This document shows, in pieces, positions 32,773 to 40,760 of a stretch of DNA of 64,000 nt. Position numbers and translations under genes: made by a program. Source of the stretch: an uncultured Thermoleophilaceae bacterium (lineage in GTDB: Bacteria; Actinomycetota; Thermoleophilia; Solirubrobacterales; Thermoleophilaceae); assembly GCA_963811205.1 (NCBI GenBank), contig CAWEQJ010000003.1:11223-75222 (forward strand). Direction: 5' to 3'. Position 1 is the first letter of the stretch. Every line of letters starts with the position of its first letter. Below the pieces are notes generated by a model. The model saw only the letters and a list, made by a program, of their open reading frames with translations, searched no databases and was not told the DNA's origin.

Positions 32773-34514
32773 GCGAGGGCCGGGGCTCGCCACCTGTCTA
32801 TCCGCTGCGCAACTATGCGCTGCTTGCGGACGGGGAGCGCGGGGCACTCGTGGATCCCGAGGGCAACATCGCGTGGATGTGTGCGCCCGGCTGGGACGAT
32901 CCGGCGCTCTTCTGCGCACTGATGGGCGGTCGCGGGCTGTACATGGTCACGCCGTCCGAGCGCTTCGTCTGGGGCGGGCACTATGAGCGCCGCTCGCTGG
33001 TCTGGCGCAGCCGCTGGGTCACGGACAGGGGCACGGTGGAGTGCCGCGAGGCGCTCGCCCTGCCCGCCACACCTGACCGCATCGTCCTGCTGCGGCGGAT
33101 CCTCGTGAAGGAAGGCGAGACGAAGATGCGCGTGCGCCTCGATCCGCGCGCCGAGTTCGACCGACGACCGCTGGCCGAGCATCGCCGCGACGACGAGGGA
33201 GTGTGGCACGCCCGCGCCGGTGAGCTGCCGCTTCACTGGCTGGGCGCCGCCGGTGCCGAGGTGCAGCCCGACGGCTCGCTGGCGATGGAGCTCGAGCTGA
33301 GCGCGGGCGACAGCCACGACCTGGTGCTCACCGTTGGAGGGCCGCCGGTGGAGGGCCATCCCGATGAGCTGTGGCAGCGCACCGAGGCCGAGTGGAGGGA
33401 GCGGGTGCCCGAGCTTGAGGACACCCTCGCCCCGCGCGACTCCGCGCAGGCGGTGGCGGTGATGAGCGGGCTCACCGCCGCGAGCGGCGGGATGGTGGCG
33501 GCCGCCACGATGGCGCTGCCGGAGCGCTCGCACGCGGGCACGAGCTACGACTATCGCTACGCGTGGATACGTGACTGCTGCTACACCGGCCGCGCCGCGG
33601 CCGTGGCCGGCGTCTGGCCGCTGCTGGATTCGACGCTGCGCTTCGTGTGCGAGCGCCTGCTCGAGCACGGCCCCGATCTCAAGCCGGCCTACACCGCGCA
33701 TGGCGATCCGGTGCCGGAGGAGTCCCACGTGGGCCTGCCCGGCTACCCCGGCGGCACCGACCTGGTGGGCAACCAGGTGACGCACCAGTTCCAGCTCGAT
33801 GCGTTCGGCGAGATCATGAATCTCGTGGCCGCCGCAGCCCGCCACGACCGGGCGGACGAGGATCACTGGCGCGCCGCCAAGCTCGCCGCGGATGTCGTGG
33901 CCGAGCACTGGCACGAGCCCGACGCCGGCGTCTGGGAGCTCGACGACAAGGAGTGGACGCACAGCCGCCTGTGCCTCGTCTCGGGGCTCGAGGCCCTGGC
34001 CGCGTGCGCGCCCGGCGGCGTGGGCCACCCGGACGGCTGGCGCTCGCTCGCGGACCGGATCCTCAGCGAGTGCTCCGCCCGCTCCATCCACCCGAGCGGG
34101 CGCTGGCAGCGTGCACCGGATGACGAGCGCGTGGACGCGGCGCTGCTCCTGGGCGCCCTGCGCGGAGCCGTGCCGCCGGAGGACCCGCGCACCAAGGCCA
34201 CCATCGCTGCCGTGGCCGAAGAGCTCTCCGAGGAGCACTTCGTGTACCGCTTTCGCCATGACGACCGCCCGCTCGGGGAGGCCGAGGGCGCGTTTCTGCT
34301 GTGCGGCTTCTGGATGGCGCTGGCGTGCCACCAGCAGGGTGCCGAAGACGACGGCCTGCGCTTCTTCGAGCGCTCCCGCTCAGGCGCCGGCTCGCCCGGG
34401 CTCCTGGCCGAGGAGTTCGACGTGACCCAGCACCAGCTGCGCGGCAACCTGCCACAGGCCTTCGTGCACGCGCTGCTGCTCGAGTCCGCCGTCACCCTGG
34501 CCCCGGACAACTGA
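32769..34514 (+). CDS. Glycoside hydrolase family 15 (glucoamylase/trehalase-like)
   Basis: The ATG overlaps the SDR stop (ATGA). Motifs are NYALLADGERGALVDPEGNIAWMCAP, YDYRYAWIRDCCYT, HQFQLDAFGEIM, AGVWELDD and GNLPQAFVHALLLESA. Confidence 0.85.
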   Translation: MSEGRGSPPVYPLRNYALLADGERGALVDPEGNIAWMCAPGWDDPALFCALMGGRGLYMVTPSERFVWGGHYERRSLVWRSRWVTDRGTVECREALALPATPDRIVLLRRILVKEGETKMRVRLDPRAEFDRRPLAEHRRDDEGVWHARAGELPLHWLGAAGAEVQPDGSLAMELELSAGDSHDLVLTVGGPPVEGHPDELWQRTEAEWRERVPELEDTLAPRDSAQAVAVMSGLTAASGGMVAAATMALPERSHAGTSYDYRYAWIRDCCYTGRAAAVAGVWPLLDSTLRFVCERLLEHGPDLKPAYTAHGDPVPEESHVGLPGYPGGTDLVGNQVTHQFQLDAFGEIMNLVAAAARHDRADEDHWRAAKLAADVVAEHWHEPDAGVWELDDKEWTHSRLCLVSGLEALAACAPGGVGHPDGWRSLADRILSECSARSIHPSGRWQRAPDDERVDAALLLGALRGAVPPEDPRTKATIAAVAEELSEEHFVYRFRHDDRPLGEAEGAFLLCGFWMALACHQQGAEDDGLRFFERSRSGAGSPGLLAEEFDVTQHQLRGNLPQAFVHALLLESAVTLAPDN

Positions 34515-34570
34515 GCGCGCCCCCGCCTGCGCGGCTAAAGAAAAACGCCGCTCCTGCCGACGCGGGTCCC

Positions 34571-34915
34571 ATGAAATCCTCCAGAAGCAACAGCCGGTTC
34601 TGGCAGTGGTGGTGGAAGGGATCCGCGCCCCGCACTCCGCTCGCCGCGAAGATGTCGGCGCACGTCGACGGCATCCTCGATCACGCTGCCGACATCCAGC
34701 GCGCCGCCGAGCTAGAGGCTCAGCGGATCCGCCACGATGCGGTGGAGGCCGCCACGCAGATGCTCATCCGCGTGGAGGCCGTCGAGGCCGAGCTCCAGCA
34801 GGCGCTCGACACCGTCAGTGCCGGCAAGCAGGCGCTCCTAGAGGGACTTGCCCAGGAGCGGGCCCGCATCCAGCAGGGTCCCGCCACGGTCACGCCCCTC
34901 GTGCGCGCCTCCTAG
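34571..34915 (+). CDS. Hypothetical coiled-coil protein
   Basis: ORF with helical, charged repeats (HVDGILDHAADIQRAAELEAQRIRHDAVEAA...). No motif recognised. An alternative ATG is at 34652. Confidence 0.35.
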   Translation: MKSSRSNSRFWQWWWKGSAPRTPLAAKMSAHVDGILDHAADIQRAAELEAQRIRHDAVEAATQMLIRVEAVEAELQQALDTVSAGKQALLEGLAQERARIQQGPATVTPLVRAS

Positions 34916-34929
34916 CGGACCGCCACAAC

Positions 34930-35619
34930 TCACATCGCCTCCTTCAGACCACGCCTGATGAGCCAGGTGTTGATCGGATAGCTCGTCGCGAAGCCGATGA
35001 GCATTCCGATCTGCATCAGGAACCAGTAGGCGGGGCTGTCCGGATGCAGGTGCTCCGGCGCTGGGAAGAAGACGAAGAACATCAGCGCCATCCAGCCGAA
35101 CAGCCCGATCTCGAAGAAGGTGAGTGACAGCGTGTCCGCCTTGAGCGCGGCCACGAGCCCGTCGCGCAGGCCGAGCCCACGCATCGGCGCGATCGAGAAG
35201 TATTGGAAGCCGATCCCGAGCGCGAAGGCGAGAGCGAAGTCGGCGACGAACTCGGGCCACAGCGCCGCGCCCGCGATCGAGATGCCGACGGCGAACACGA
35301 TCCACTCGCCGATGATGTCCCCGAGCGTGCAGCCCGCTCCGCAGTGCGTGACGCCGATGGACGTGGATACGCCCTCGCCGTAGTCGGGCTCGCGGCCGCT
35401 GGCACGTTGATACGCCGGGCTGTTGAGCACGCCGTAGCGGCGGTACGCCCAGACCGCGAGCGGCCCCGCGTAGAGGCCGGTGACCGGCCACACCGCCTCC
35501 ATGATCCACATCCGCTGCCGGTGCCCGCGAGCGAAGATGTCGTACAGGATCAAACCCGCCGACACGAAGGCCGCGGCGAGCGCGATCCAGGCGAGGACGG
35601 CAAGCCAGGTTGGTGCCAC
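34930..35619 (-). CDS. DUF4396-domain membrane protein
   Basis: GTG 35619. Multi-TM, with the characteristic GVTHCGAGCTLGDIIGEW motif. Confidence 0.65.
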   Translation of the reverse strand: MAPTWLAVLAWIALAAAFVSAGLILYDIFARGHRQRMWIMEAVWPVTGLYAGPLAVWAYRRYGVLNSPAYQRASGREPDYGEGVSTSIGVTHCGAGCTLGDIIGEWIVFAVGISIAGAALWPEFVADFALAFALGIGFQYFSIAPMRGLGLRDGLVAALKADTLSLTFFEIGLFGWMALMFFVFFPAPEHLHPDSPAYWFLMQIGMLIGFATSYPINTWLIRRGLKEAM

Positions 35620-35705
35620 GAGTGGCGCACTATCCCGGCGGCGGGTGGGGCAAACGCAGGGGTAAGTGCACGAACATCGCCGCCACCGTGTCCCGCGGCG
35701 CGTTC

Positions 35706-36176
35706 CTAGAGCCAGCGCCTCGTGTGCGCGCGGTAGGCGCGGTACTCCTCGCCGAACCTGCGCTCGAGGTAGCGCTCCTCGCGCGCCACCACACCCCGGT
35801 CCACGAGCACCACCGCCACCGCCAGCGTTGCGAGCGCCCACGGCGCGCCCACCGTCAGCGCGATGCCGGCGCAGGTGAGCGTCAGGGCCAGGTAGAGCGG
35901 GTTGCGCGTGAGCCGGAACGGCCCACTCGTCATCAGACGGGCGGCGGGGCTGAACATGAACGGCGTCCGCGCGCGCCGGAACGCCGCGAACGACCAGGTG
36001 GCCAGCAGCCCGCCCGCCACGAGCAGCGCCACCCCGGCCCACTCCAGCGCAGCCGGCAGGCCGAAGCCGCGCAGCGCCGCCTCCAACCCCAGGCCCGCGC
36101 CCAGGGCCAGCGCGAAGATCGCCGGCGGGGGCGCGATCGGCCGGGGTGCGTCCCGCTGCTTCGCCACGGCGCTCAC
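35706..36176 (-). CDS. Isoprenylcysteine carboxyl methyltransferase (ICMT/PEMT-like) family membrane protein
   Basis: Intact 156 aa with TSGPFRLTRNPLYLALTL...EERYLERRFGEEYRAYRAHTRRW, typical of the family. Confidence 0.75.
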   Translation of the reverse strand: MSAVAKQRDAPRPIAPPPAIFALALGAGLGLEAALRGFGLPAALEWAGVALLVAGGLLATWSFAAFRRARTPFMFSPAARLMTSGPFRLTRNPLYLALTLTCAGIALTVGAPWALATLAVAVVLVDRGVVAREERYLERRFGEEYRAYRAHTRRWL

Positions 36177-36514
36177 TCCGCCGCCCCGCCCGGCGGACGG
36201 ACCATCAGCCAGAGCGGCGGGCTGCCGCCCGCCCGCAGCTCGAAGCCAAGGCGCTCGTAGAGGGCGGCGTTGCGCTCGCTCGTGGCCTCGAGGTAGGCCG
36301 GCAGCCGCTCCTCGTCGCAGCGGTCGAGGATCGGCCGCATCAGCGCGCTGCCCAGGCCGCGGCCCTGCGCCTCCGGCGCCACGCCGATGTAGGGGAGGTA
36401 GTGGTGCGGCTCCCAGCCGAACACCGGATCGTCCTCGAAGGCCGCCGCCAGCGCGGTCTTCAGCCTGCCGACATCGTCTGCGGTGGCCCTCCGCGCCAAC
36501 ACCGCCTCGTTCAT
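36173..36514 (-). CDS. GNAT-family N-acetyltransferase, unusually short (113 aa; the core looks internally deleted)
   Basis: GGGAGGAG RBS. The acetyl-CoA motif is GVAPEAQGRGLGSALMRPIL and the C-terminus is LPAYLEATSERNAALYERLGFE. The N-terminal ...AFEDDPVFGW joins almost directly to the beta4/alpha3 region. Confidence 0.6.
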   Translation of the reverse strand: MNEAVLARRATADDVGRLKTALAAAFEDDPVFGWEPHHYLPYIGVAPEAQGRGLGSALMRPILDRCDEERLPAYLEATSERNAALYERLGFELRAGGSPPLWLMVRPPGGAAE

Positions 36515-36560
36515 CCCCGCTCCTCCCGCTTCCGTGAACGAGCGATTTATACTAGCGTCT

Positions 36561-36574
36561 TATACAGATGTATA
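36561..36574. promoter_or_regulatory. Palindrome TATACAGATGTATA overlapping the TetR start codon (candidate TetR operator) in an AT-rich divergent promoter
   Basis: It is a perfect 6-bp inverted repeat with a 2-bp spacer. TATACT, a -10-like hexamer, sits at 36548-53. This is the only AT-rich patch between the divergent GNAT and TetR genes. Confidence 0.4.
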
Positions 36575-37173
36575 GTGAGGTCAGGCAGACACATCGCGAG
36601 AAGCTCCTCGACGCAGCCAAGGTCCTGCTGCGCGAGCGCGGCTACGGCAACATCACGGCGCGCGATCTCGTTGCCGCATCGGGCACCAACCTCGGCTCGA
36701 TCGGTTACCACTTCGGCTCCAAGGAGGCCCTGCTCAACGAGGCCACCGGCCAGGCGCTCGAGGAGTGGGCTGAGGCGGTCGCGCATGCCACCAGCGCCGA
36801 TCCCGGCGCCACGCCCGTGGAGCGGCTGGCACTGTCCTGGCGGGCGGTGCTCGACAGCTTCGACGAGATCCGGCCCTACTACTTGGCGTTCATCGAGGCG
36901 CTGCCTCGAAGCGCGCGCTCGCCCGACCTGGCGGCCAAACTCGCCGCGCACTACGAGCGCCAGCGCGAGCGCGTGGCGGGCATGCTCACCGAAGCGCTGG
37001 GCGAGGCGCTCGATCCGGAGGACGCGCGCCACCACGCCACGCTCCTGATCGCCGTCACGGACGGTCTCATGCTCCAGTCGTTCGCCGATCCAGACCGTAT
37101 GCCCACGAGCGCGGAACTCACGGCGGCCAGCGGCAAGGCCATCGCGGCGGCGTTCAACCGGCGCGCTAGCTGA
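36568..37173 (+). CDS. TetR/AcrR-family transcriptional regulator
   Basis: Intact 201 aa with the N-terminal HTH REKLLDAAKVLLRERGYGNITARDLVAASGTNLGSIGYHFGSKEALL. Confidence 0.85.
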   Translation: MYSEVRQTHREKLLDAAKVLLRERGYGNITARDLVAASGTNLGSIGYHFGSKEALLNEATGQALEEWAEAVAHATSADPGATPVERLALSWRAVLDSFDEIRPYYLAFIEALPRSARSPDLAAKLAAHYERQRERVAGMLTEALGEALDPEDARHHATLLIAVTDGLMLQSFADPDRMPTSAELTAASGKAIAAAFNRRAS

Positions 37174-37179
37174 GCGCGC

Positions 37180-37788
37180 TCAATCCTTCAGTAGCCAGGC
37201 GAGCCAGCCGGACACCGCAGCCGCCACCGGCTCCGTCTGCCGGAGCGCGTGGTCGCCAGGTACGTGCACCACCGTGCGCCCGGGGCCGTCGGGCGGCATC
37301 CCGAACGGGTCGCGCTCGCCCTGCACCACCAGCGTCGGCACGCCCGCCGCCTCGAGCTCGGGCAGCCGGCTCTTCGACGGATCGTCGCCCTTGCCGGGCG
37401 GGTGCACCGGGAACGCCAGGCACAGCACCGCGATCGCGCCTACTTCCTTCGCCGTCCGGCAGGCCACGCGCGCGCCGGCTGAGCGACCGCCGGCGATGAC
37501 GCGCAGCCCCTTGAGCGCGTCCTCGCGCAGCTGGCTCATCACCGCGATCCAGGCAGCGTCGAGCTGCTTCGCCGGCGCCGGGCTGCGGCGCCCGGCCACC
37601 AGGTAGGGCTGCTCCACCAGCGCCACGCTGATGCCCAGCTCGTTCGCCGCCTCGGTGGCAGCCACGAGATCGCGCGCGCCCACGCCGCCGCCGGCGCCGT
37701 GCCCGAGCACGAGCGCCGCTTTCGGCCGGTCCACCGGATGCAGATGCACCCGCGCCGGTCCGTGCGGCGTGTCCAGCTCCAGCGTCAC
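37180..37788 (-). CDS. Alpha/beta-fold hydrolase (KANL3/Tex30-like, dienelactone-hydrolase-like)
   Basis: Intact 202 aa with LVLGHGAGGG, the nucleophile elbow GGRSAGA, and C-terminal VVQGERDPFG...PGDHAL. Confidence 0.75.
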   Translation of the reverse strand: MTLELDTPHGPARVHLHPVDRPKAALVLGHGAGGGVGARDLVAATEAANELGISVALVEQPYLVAGRRSPAPAKQLDAAWIAVMSQLREDALKGLRVIAGGRSAGARVACRTAKEVGAIAVLCLAFPVHPPGKGDDPSKSRLPELEAAGVPTLVVQGERDPFGMPPDGPGRTVVHVPGDHALRQTEPVAAAVSGWLAWLLKD

Positions 37789-37860
37789 TCTAATTCCGAG
37801 ACTACGCGGTCCCCGTGTGTGCCGCGCGGACTTTGACGCGGCCTGTCAGGCTCCCACGCC

Positions 37861-38661
37861 GTGAGCGATTCGGAGCGGTCGCAGGAGCGGCGCCTCGAGC
37901 GCCTTCGCCAGGCGGCTGTGCGCGCGGACAGCCACCCCGCCGCGCTGCGCGCCACGCGCTGGGTTCGATCGCGGCTGCCAGGCGACAGCCGCTTCGGCGA
38001 CGCGCTATCCACCGCCGGGCCCGAGGGTCCTCAGGTGCTGGGCCGCAGGGTGTCGGAGCTCCAGCCCGGCCGGGCGAGCGCTGCCCACGAGCTGGGACTC
38101 GCCGCGCTGCAGCTCTGGCAGGAGCTGTCCGAGGCGTCCGGCCGCGGGCGGGGCAGCGAGCACGTCACGCTCCTGTTCGCCGACCTCGTGAGCTTCTCGT
38201 CCTGGGCGCTCGCGGCGGGCGACGAGGCCTGCCTCGAGCTGCTTCGGACCGTCGGCGCGGCCACCGAGTCGGCGATTCGCCAGGAGGACGGCGTGGTGGT
38301 GAAACGACTGGGGGATGGAGTGATGGCCACCTTCGCCGGACCCGAGCAGGCCCTCGCTGGCGTGTTCGGCCTCCGTCCGCGCCTGGAGGAGATCGAGGTG
38401 GATGGCTACCGCCCCCGGATGCGCTTCGGCATCCACCGCGGGCGGCCGCGCAGACTCGGCGGCGACTACTACGGCGTGGACGTGAACACCGCGGCCAGGA
38501 TCATGGACGCCGCGAACCCCGACCAGGTGCTCCTCTCGCAGCCCGCCTGCGTCGAGCTTGACGAGGCGCGCTACCGCCTCGCCCGCCCCAAGCGGTTGAA
38601 GGCCGCCGGGGCGCCCGAGGACCTGCGCGTGGTGGCCGTCGAACCCGCCGTCTCTGGCTGA
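37861..38661 (+). CDS. Class III adenylate/guanylate cyclase domain protein
   Basis: GTG start. Motifs are LLFADLVSFSSW, VVKRLGDGVMATF, RFGIHRGRP, GDYYGVDVNTAARI. Confidence 0.8.
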   Translation: MSDSERSQERRLERLRQAAVRADSHPAALRATRWVRSRLPGDSRFGDALSTAGPEGPQVLGRRVSELQPGRASAAHELGLAALQLWQELSEASGRGRGSEHVTLLFADLVSFSSWALAAGDEACLELLRTVGAATESAIRQEDGVVVKRLGDGVMATFAGPEQALAGVFGLRPRLEEIEVDGYRPRMRFGIHRGRPRRLGGDYYGVDVNTAARIMDAANPDQVLLSQPACVELDEARYRLARPKRLKAAGAPEDLRVVAVEPAVSG

Positions 38662-38726
38662 ACGCAACGGCCTCTCCGTGACATTGATCACCTAGGGCTG
38701 GGGGTGGGCGAAGAAATCCGGCCGCA

Positions 38727-40724
38727 GTGCGTCCTTCCGGGAAACGGCCCCGCCCTACGGAAGGACTCGTCTTGCTCCGTCGACTGCTCATCCTCGCCGG
38801 CGTCTTCGCGGCTCTCGCGCCGGCGGCGCATGCCGCCACTCCCGGCACGCTCGTTCCCCTCCCGGGGCTCGACGCGTGCGTGAGCAACGACGGGAGCGAC
38901 CCCGCGCGGGGTGCGGACCAGGTCTGCCGGACCGGCCCCGTCCTGGAGAACGCGACCGCGGTGGCGATCAGCCCGGATGGGCGCAACGCCTATGCGATCG
39001 GGCTCGACGACAGCCTCAGCATCATGGCTCGCGACCCGGTGAGCGGTGCCCTCACGCCCCTCGCCTGCGTGACCTCCGACGGCACCGACAGCCGCGGCGG
39101 GGCATGTGCCACCCGCGCGTCGATGCATGGTCCGGTCGACGTCGTGGTCAGCCCTGACGGGCAGAACGTGTACGTCGCTTCCGATGAGGAGATCACGGAA
39201 TTCGACCGCGATCCCGCCACCGGGCTCTTGAGCGAGCCGCAGGGCACCGCTGCCTGCGTGAGCACGGACGGCTCGGGCGGCGCCTGCGTCGATGGGAAGA
39301 ACGTGGGCGACGTTGGATCACTCGCGTTCAGTCCCGACGGTTCGACGCTCTACGCGGCCGCCAATCACGGAGGCATTGCGATCCTCCGGCGCGCGCCGGA
39401 CGGCTCGCTTTCACAATCCACCGATCCGCGCTCCGGATGCATCACCGAGAACGGTGCAGACCAGGACAACCTGAACGACACGATGGCCTGCGTGGATGGC
39501 AAGGCCCTCGGCACCATCGCGGGGCTGGCGGTCGCGCCGGACGGCAAGACCGTGTACGCCTCGGACTTCGAGGGATCCGGCGTGGCGGTGCTCGACCGCG
39601 ACCAAAATACCGGCGAGCTCGGCCAGTCGGCGGACCGGACCGGCTGCCTGTCCGAGAGCGGCGACGACGCCGGGGATACCGGGGTGTGCACTCAGGCGAT
39701 CAGCTTGGACGGCCCGGGCTCGGTGCAGGTGAGCCCTGACGGCCGCAACGTCTACGTCGCCGCATTCCTGGCGAGCTCGGTGGCGGTGTTCGGCCGCGAC
39801 CCGGCCAGCGGCCAGCTCAACCAGCTGCCGGGCCTGGCGGCGTGCCTTAGCGGGGACGGGAGCGAGCAGCCGGGTGGACCCACCGGAGCCTGCGGCGTCG
39901 CGCGCGGCCTGGAGCAGCCGTTGGGACTCGCGTTCACCGCCGATGGACGCAACCTCTACGTGGGTTCATTTGTGTTTGGCCTGCCCGCGGCCGCCCGCGC
40001 CATCCGGGGCGTAATCGAAACGGCAAACTCGAGCGGGGGAATCGCCGCATTCGTGCGCGACCCCGCCAGCGGTGCGCTCGCGCAGCTCCCCGGCATGGAT
40101 GGCTGCGTGAACGAGGTGGGCGGGCCGATCCCGCCCGCGCTTGCGGACGGCTGCGCCCCAGGCCTGGGCATCCAGGGGACCGAGGACGTGACGCTGAGCC
40201 CGGACGACCACAACCTGTACACGGCCAGCGAGGCAAGCTCGGCTGTCGCGGAGTTCGCGCGCGCCACAGGCGAGCCCGGCGCGCCCGGGCCGGCAGCTGC
40301 GGACACCACGCCGCCCACCGTCGCCCGCTTCTCCATCACTCATCGCCGGTTCGCGGTGGGACGTGGCGCCACGCCGGTCTCCGCTGTCGCACGCGGCACC
40401 GCGTTCCGGTTCGCGCTCAGCGAGCCCGCGCGCGTCCGCATCTCGATCCAGCGCTCCCGGCCGGGCCGGCGTGTGGGCCGGCACTGCCGCAAGCCAACCA
40501 GGCGCCTGCGCCAACATCGCGCATGCAGGCGCTTCGTGGCCGCCGGCACGCTCCGCCGCACAGAGCAGGCCGGACGCGCGACCGTGAGGTTCAGCGGCCG
40601 CATCGGCCGCCGCGCACTGCGGGCCGGCCGCTACCGCGCAACCATCCGCGCCAGCGACCCCGCCGGCAACGTGTCGAAGCCGAAGAGCCTCGCTTTCACG
40701 ATCCTGAAGCCGCAGCACCGCTGA
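38727..40724 (+). CDS. Secreted beta-propeller repeat protein (lactonase-like 'SPDG.N.Y' blades) with a C-terminal DTTPP...AGN module
   Basis: Intact ORF. The signal peptide is LLRRLLILAGVFAALAPAAHA; a TTG at 38772 after GGAAGGA is a likely start. There are about 7-8 repeats of ...SPDG(R/Q/K)N(V/A)Y(V/A).. and (R)DP.(S/T)G.L. The C-terminus is DTTPPTVARFSI...IRASDPAGNVSKP. Confidence 0.7.
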   Translation: MRPSGKRPRPTEGLVLLRRLLILAGVFAALAPAAHAATPGTLVPLPGLDACVSNDGSDPARGADQVCRTGPVLENATAVAISPDGRNAYAIGLDDSLSIMARDPVSGALTPLACVTSDGTDSRGGACATRASMHGPVDVVVSPDGQNVYVASDEEITEFDRDPATGLLSEPQGTAACVSTDGSGGACVDGKNVGDVGSLAFSPDGSTLYAAANHGGIAILRRAPDGSLSQSTDPRSGCITENGADQDNLNDTMACVDGKALGTIAGLAVAPDGKTVYASDFEGSGVAVLDRDQNTGELGQSADRTGCLSESGDDAGDTGVCTQAISLDGPGSVQVSPDGRNVYVAAFLASSVAVFGRDPASGQLNQLPGLAACLSGDGSEQPGGPTGACGVARGLEQPLGLAFTADGRNLYVGSFVFGLPAAARAIRGVIETANSSGGIAAFVRDPASGALAQLPGMDGCVNEVGGPIPPALADGCAPGLGIQGTEDVTLSPDDHNLYTASEASSAVAEFARATGEPGAPGPAAADTTPPTVARFSITHRRFAVGRGATPVSAVARGTAFRFALSEPARVRISIQRSRPGRRVGRHCRKPTRRLRQHRACRRFVAAGTLRRTEQAGRATVRFSGRIGRRALRAGRYRATIRASDPAGNVSKPKSLAFTILKPQHR

Positions 40725-40760
40725 ACCTCTCCTGCGGGATGCGTTCGCCAGCTGGGCGCG

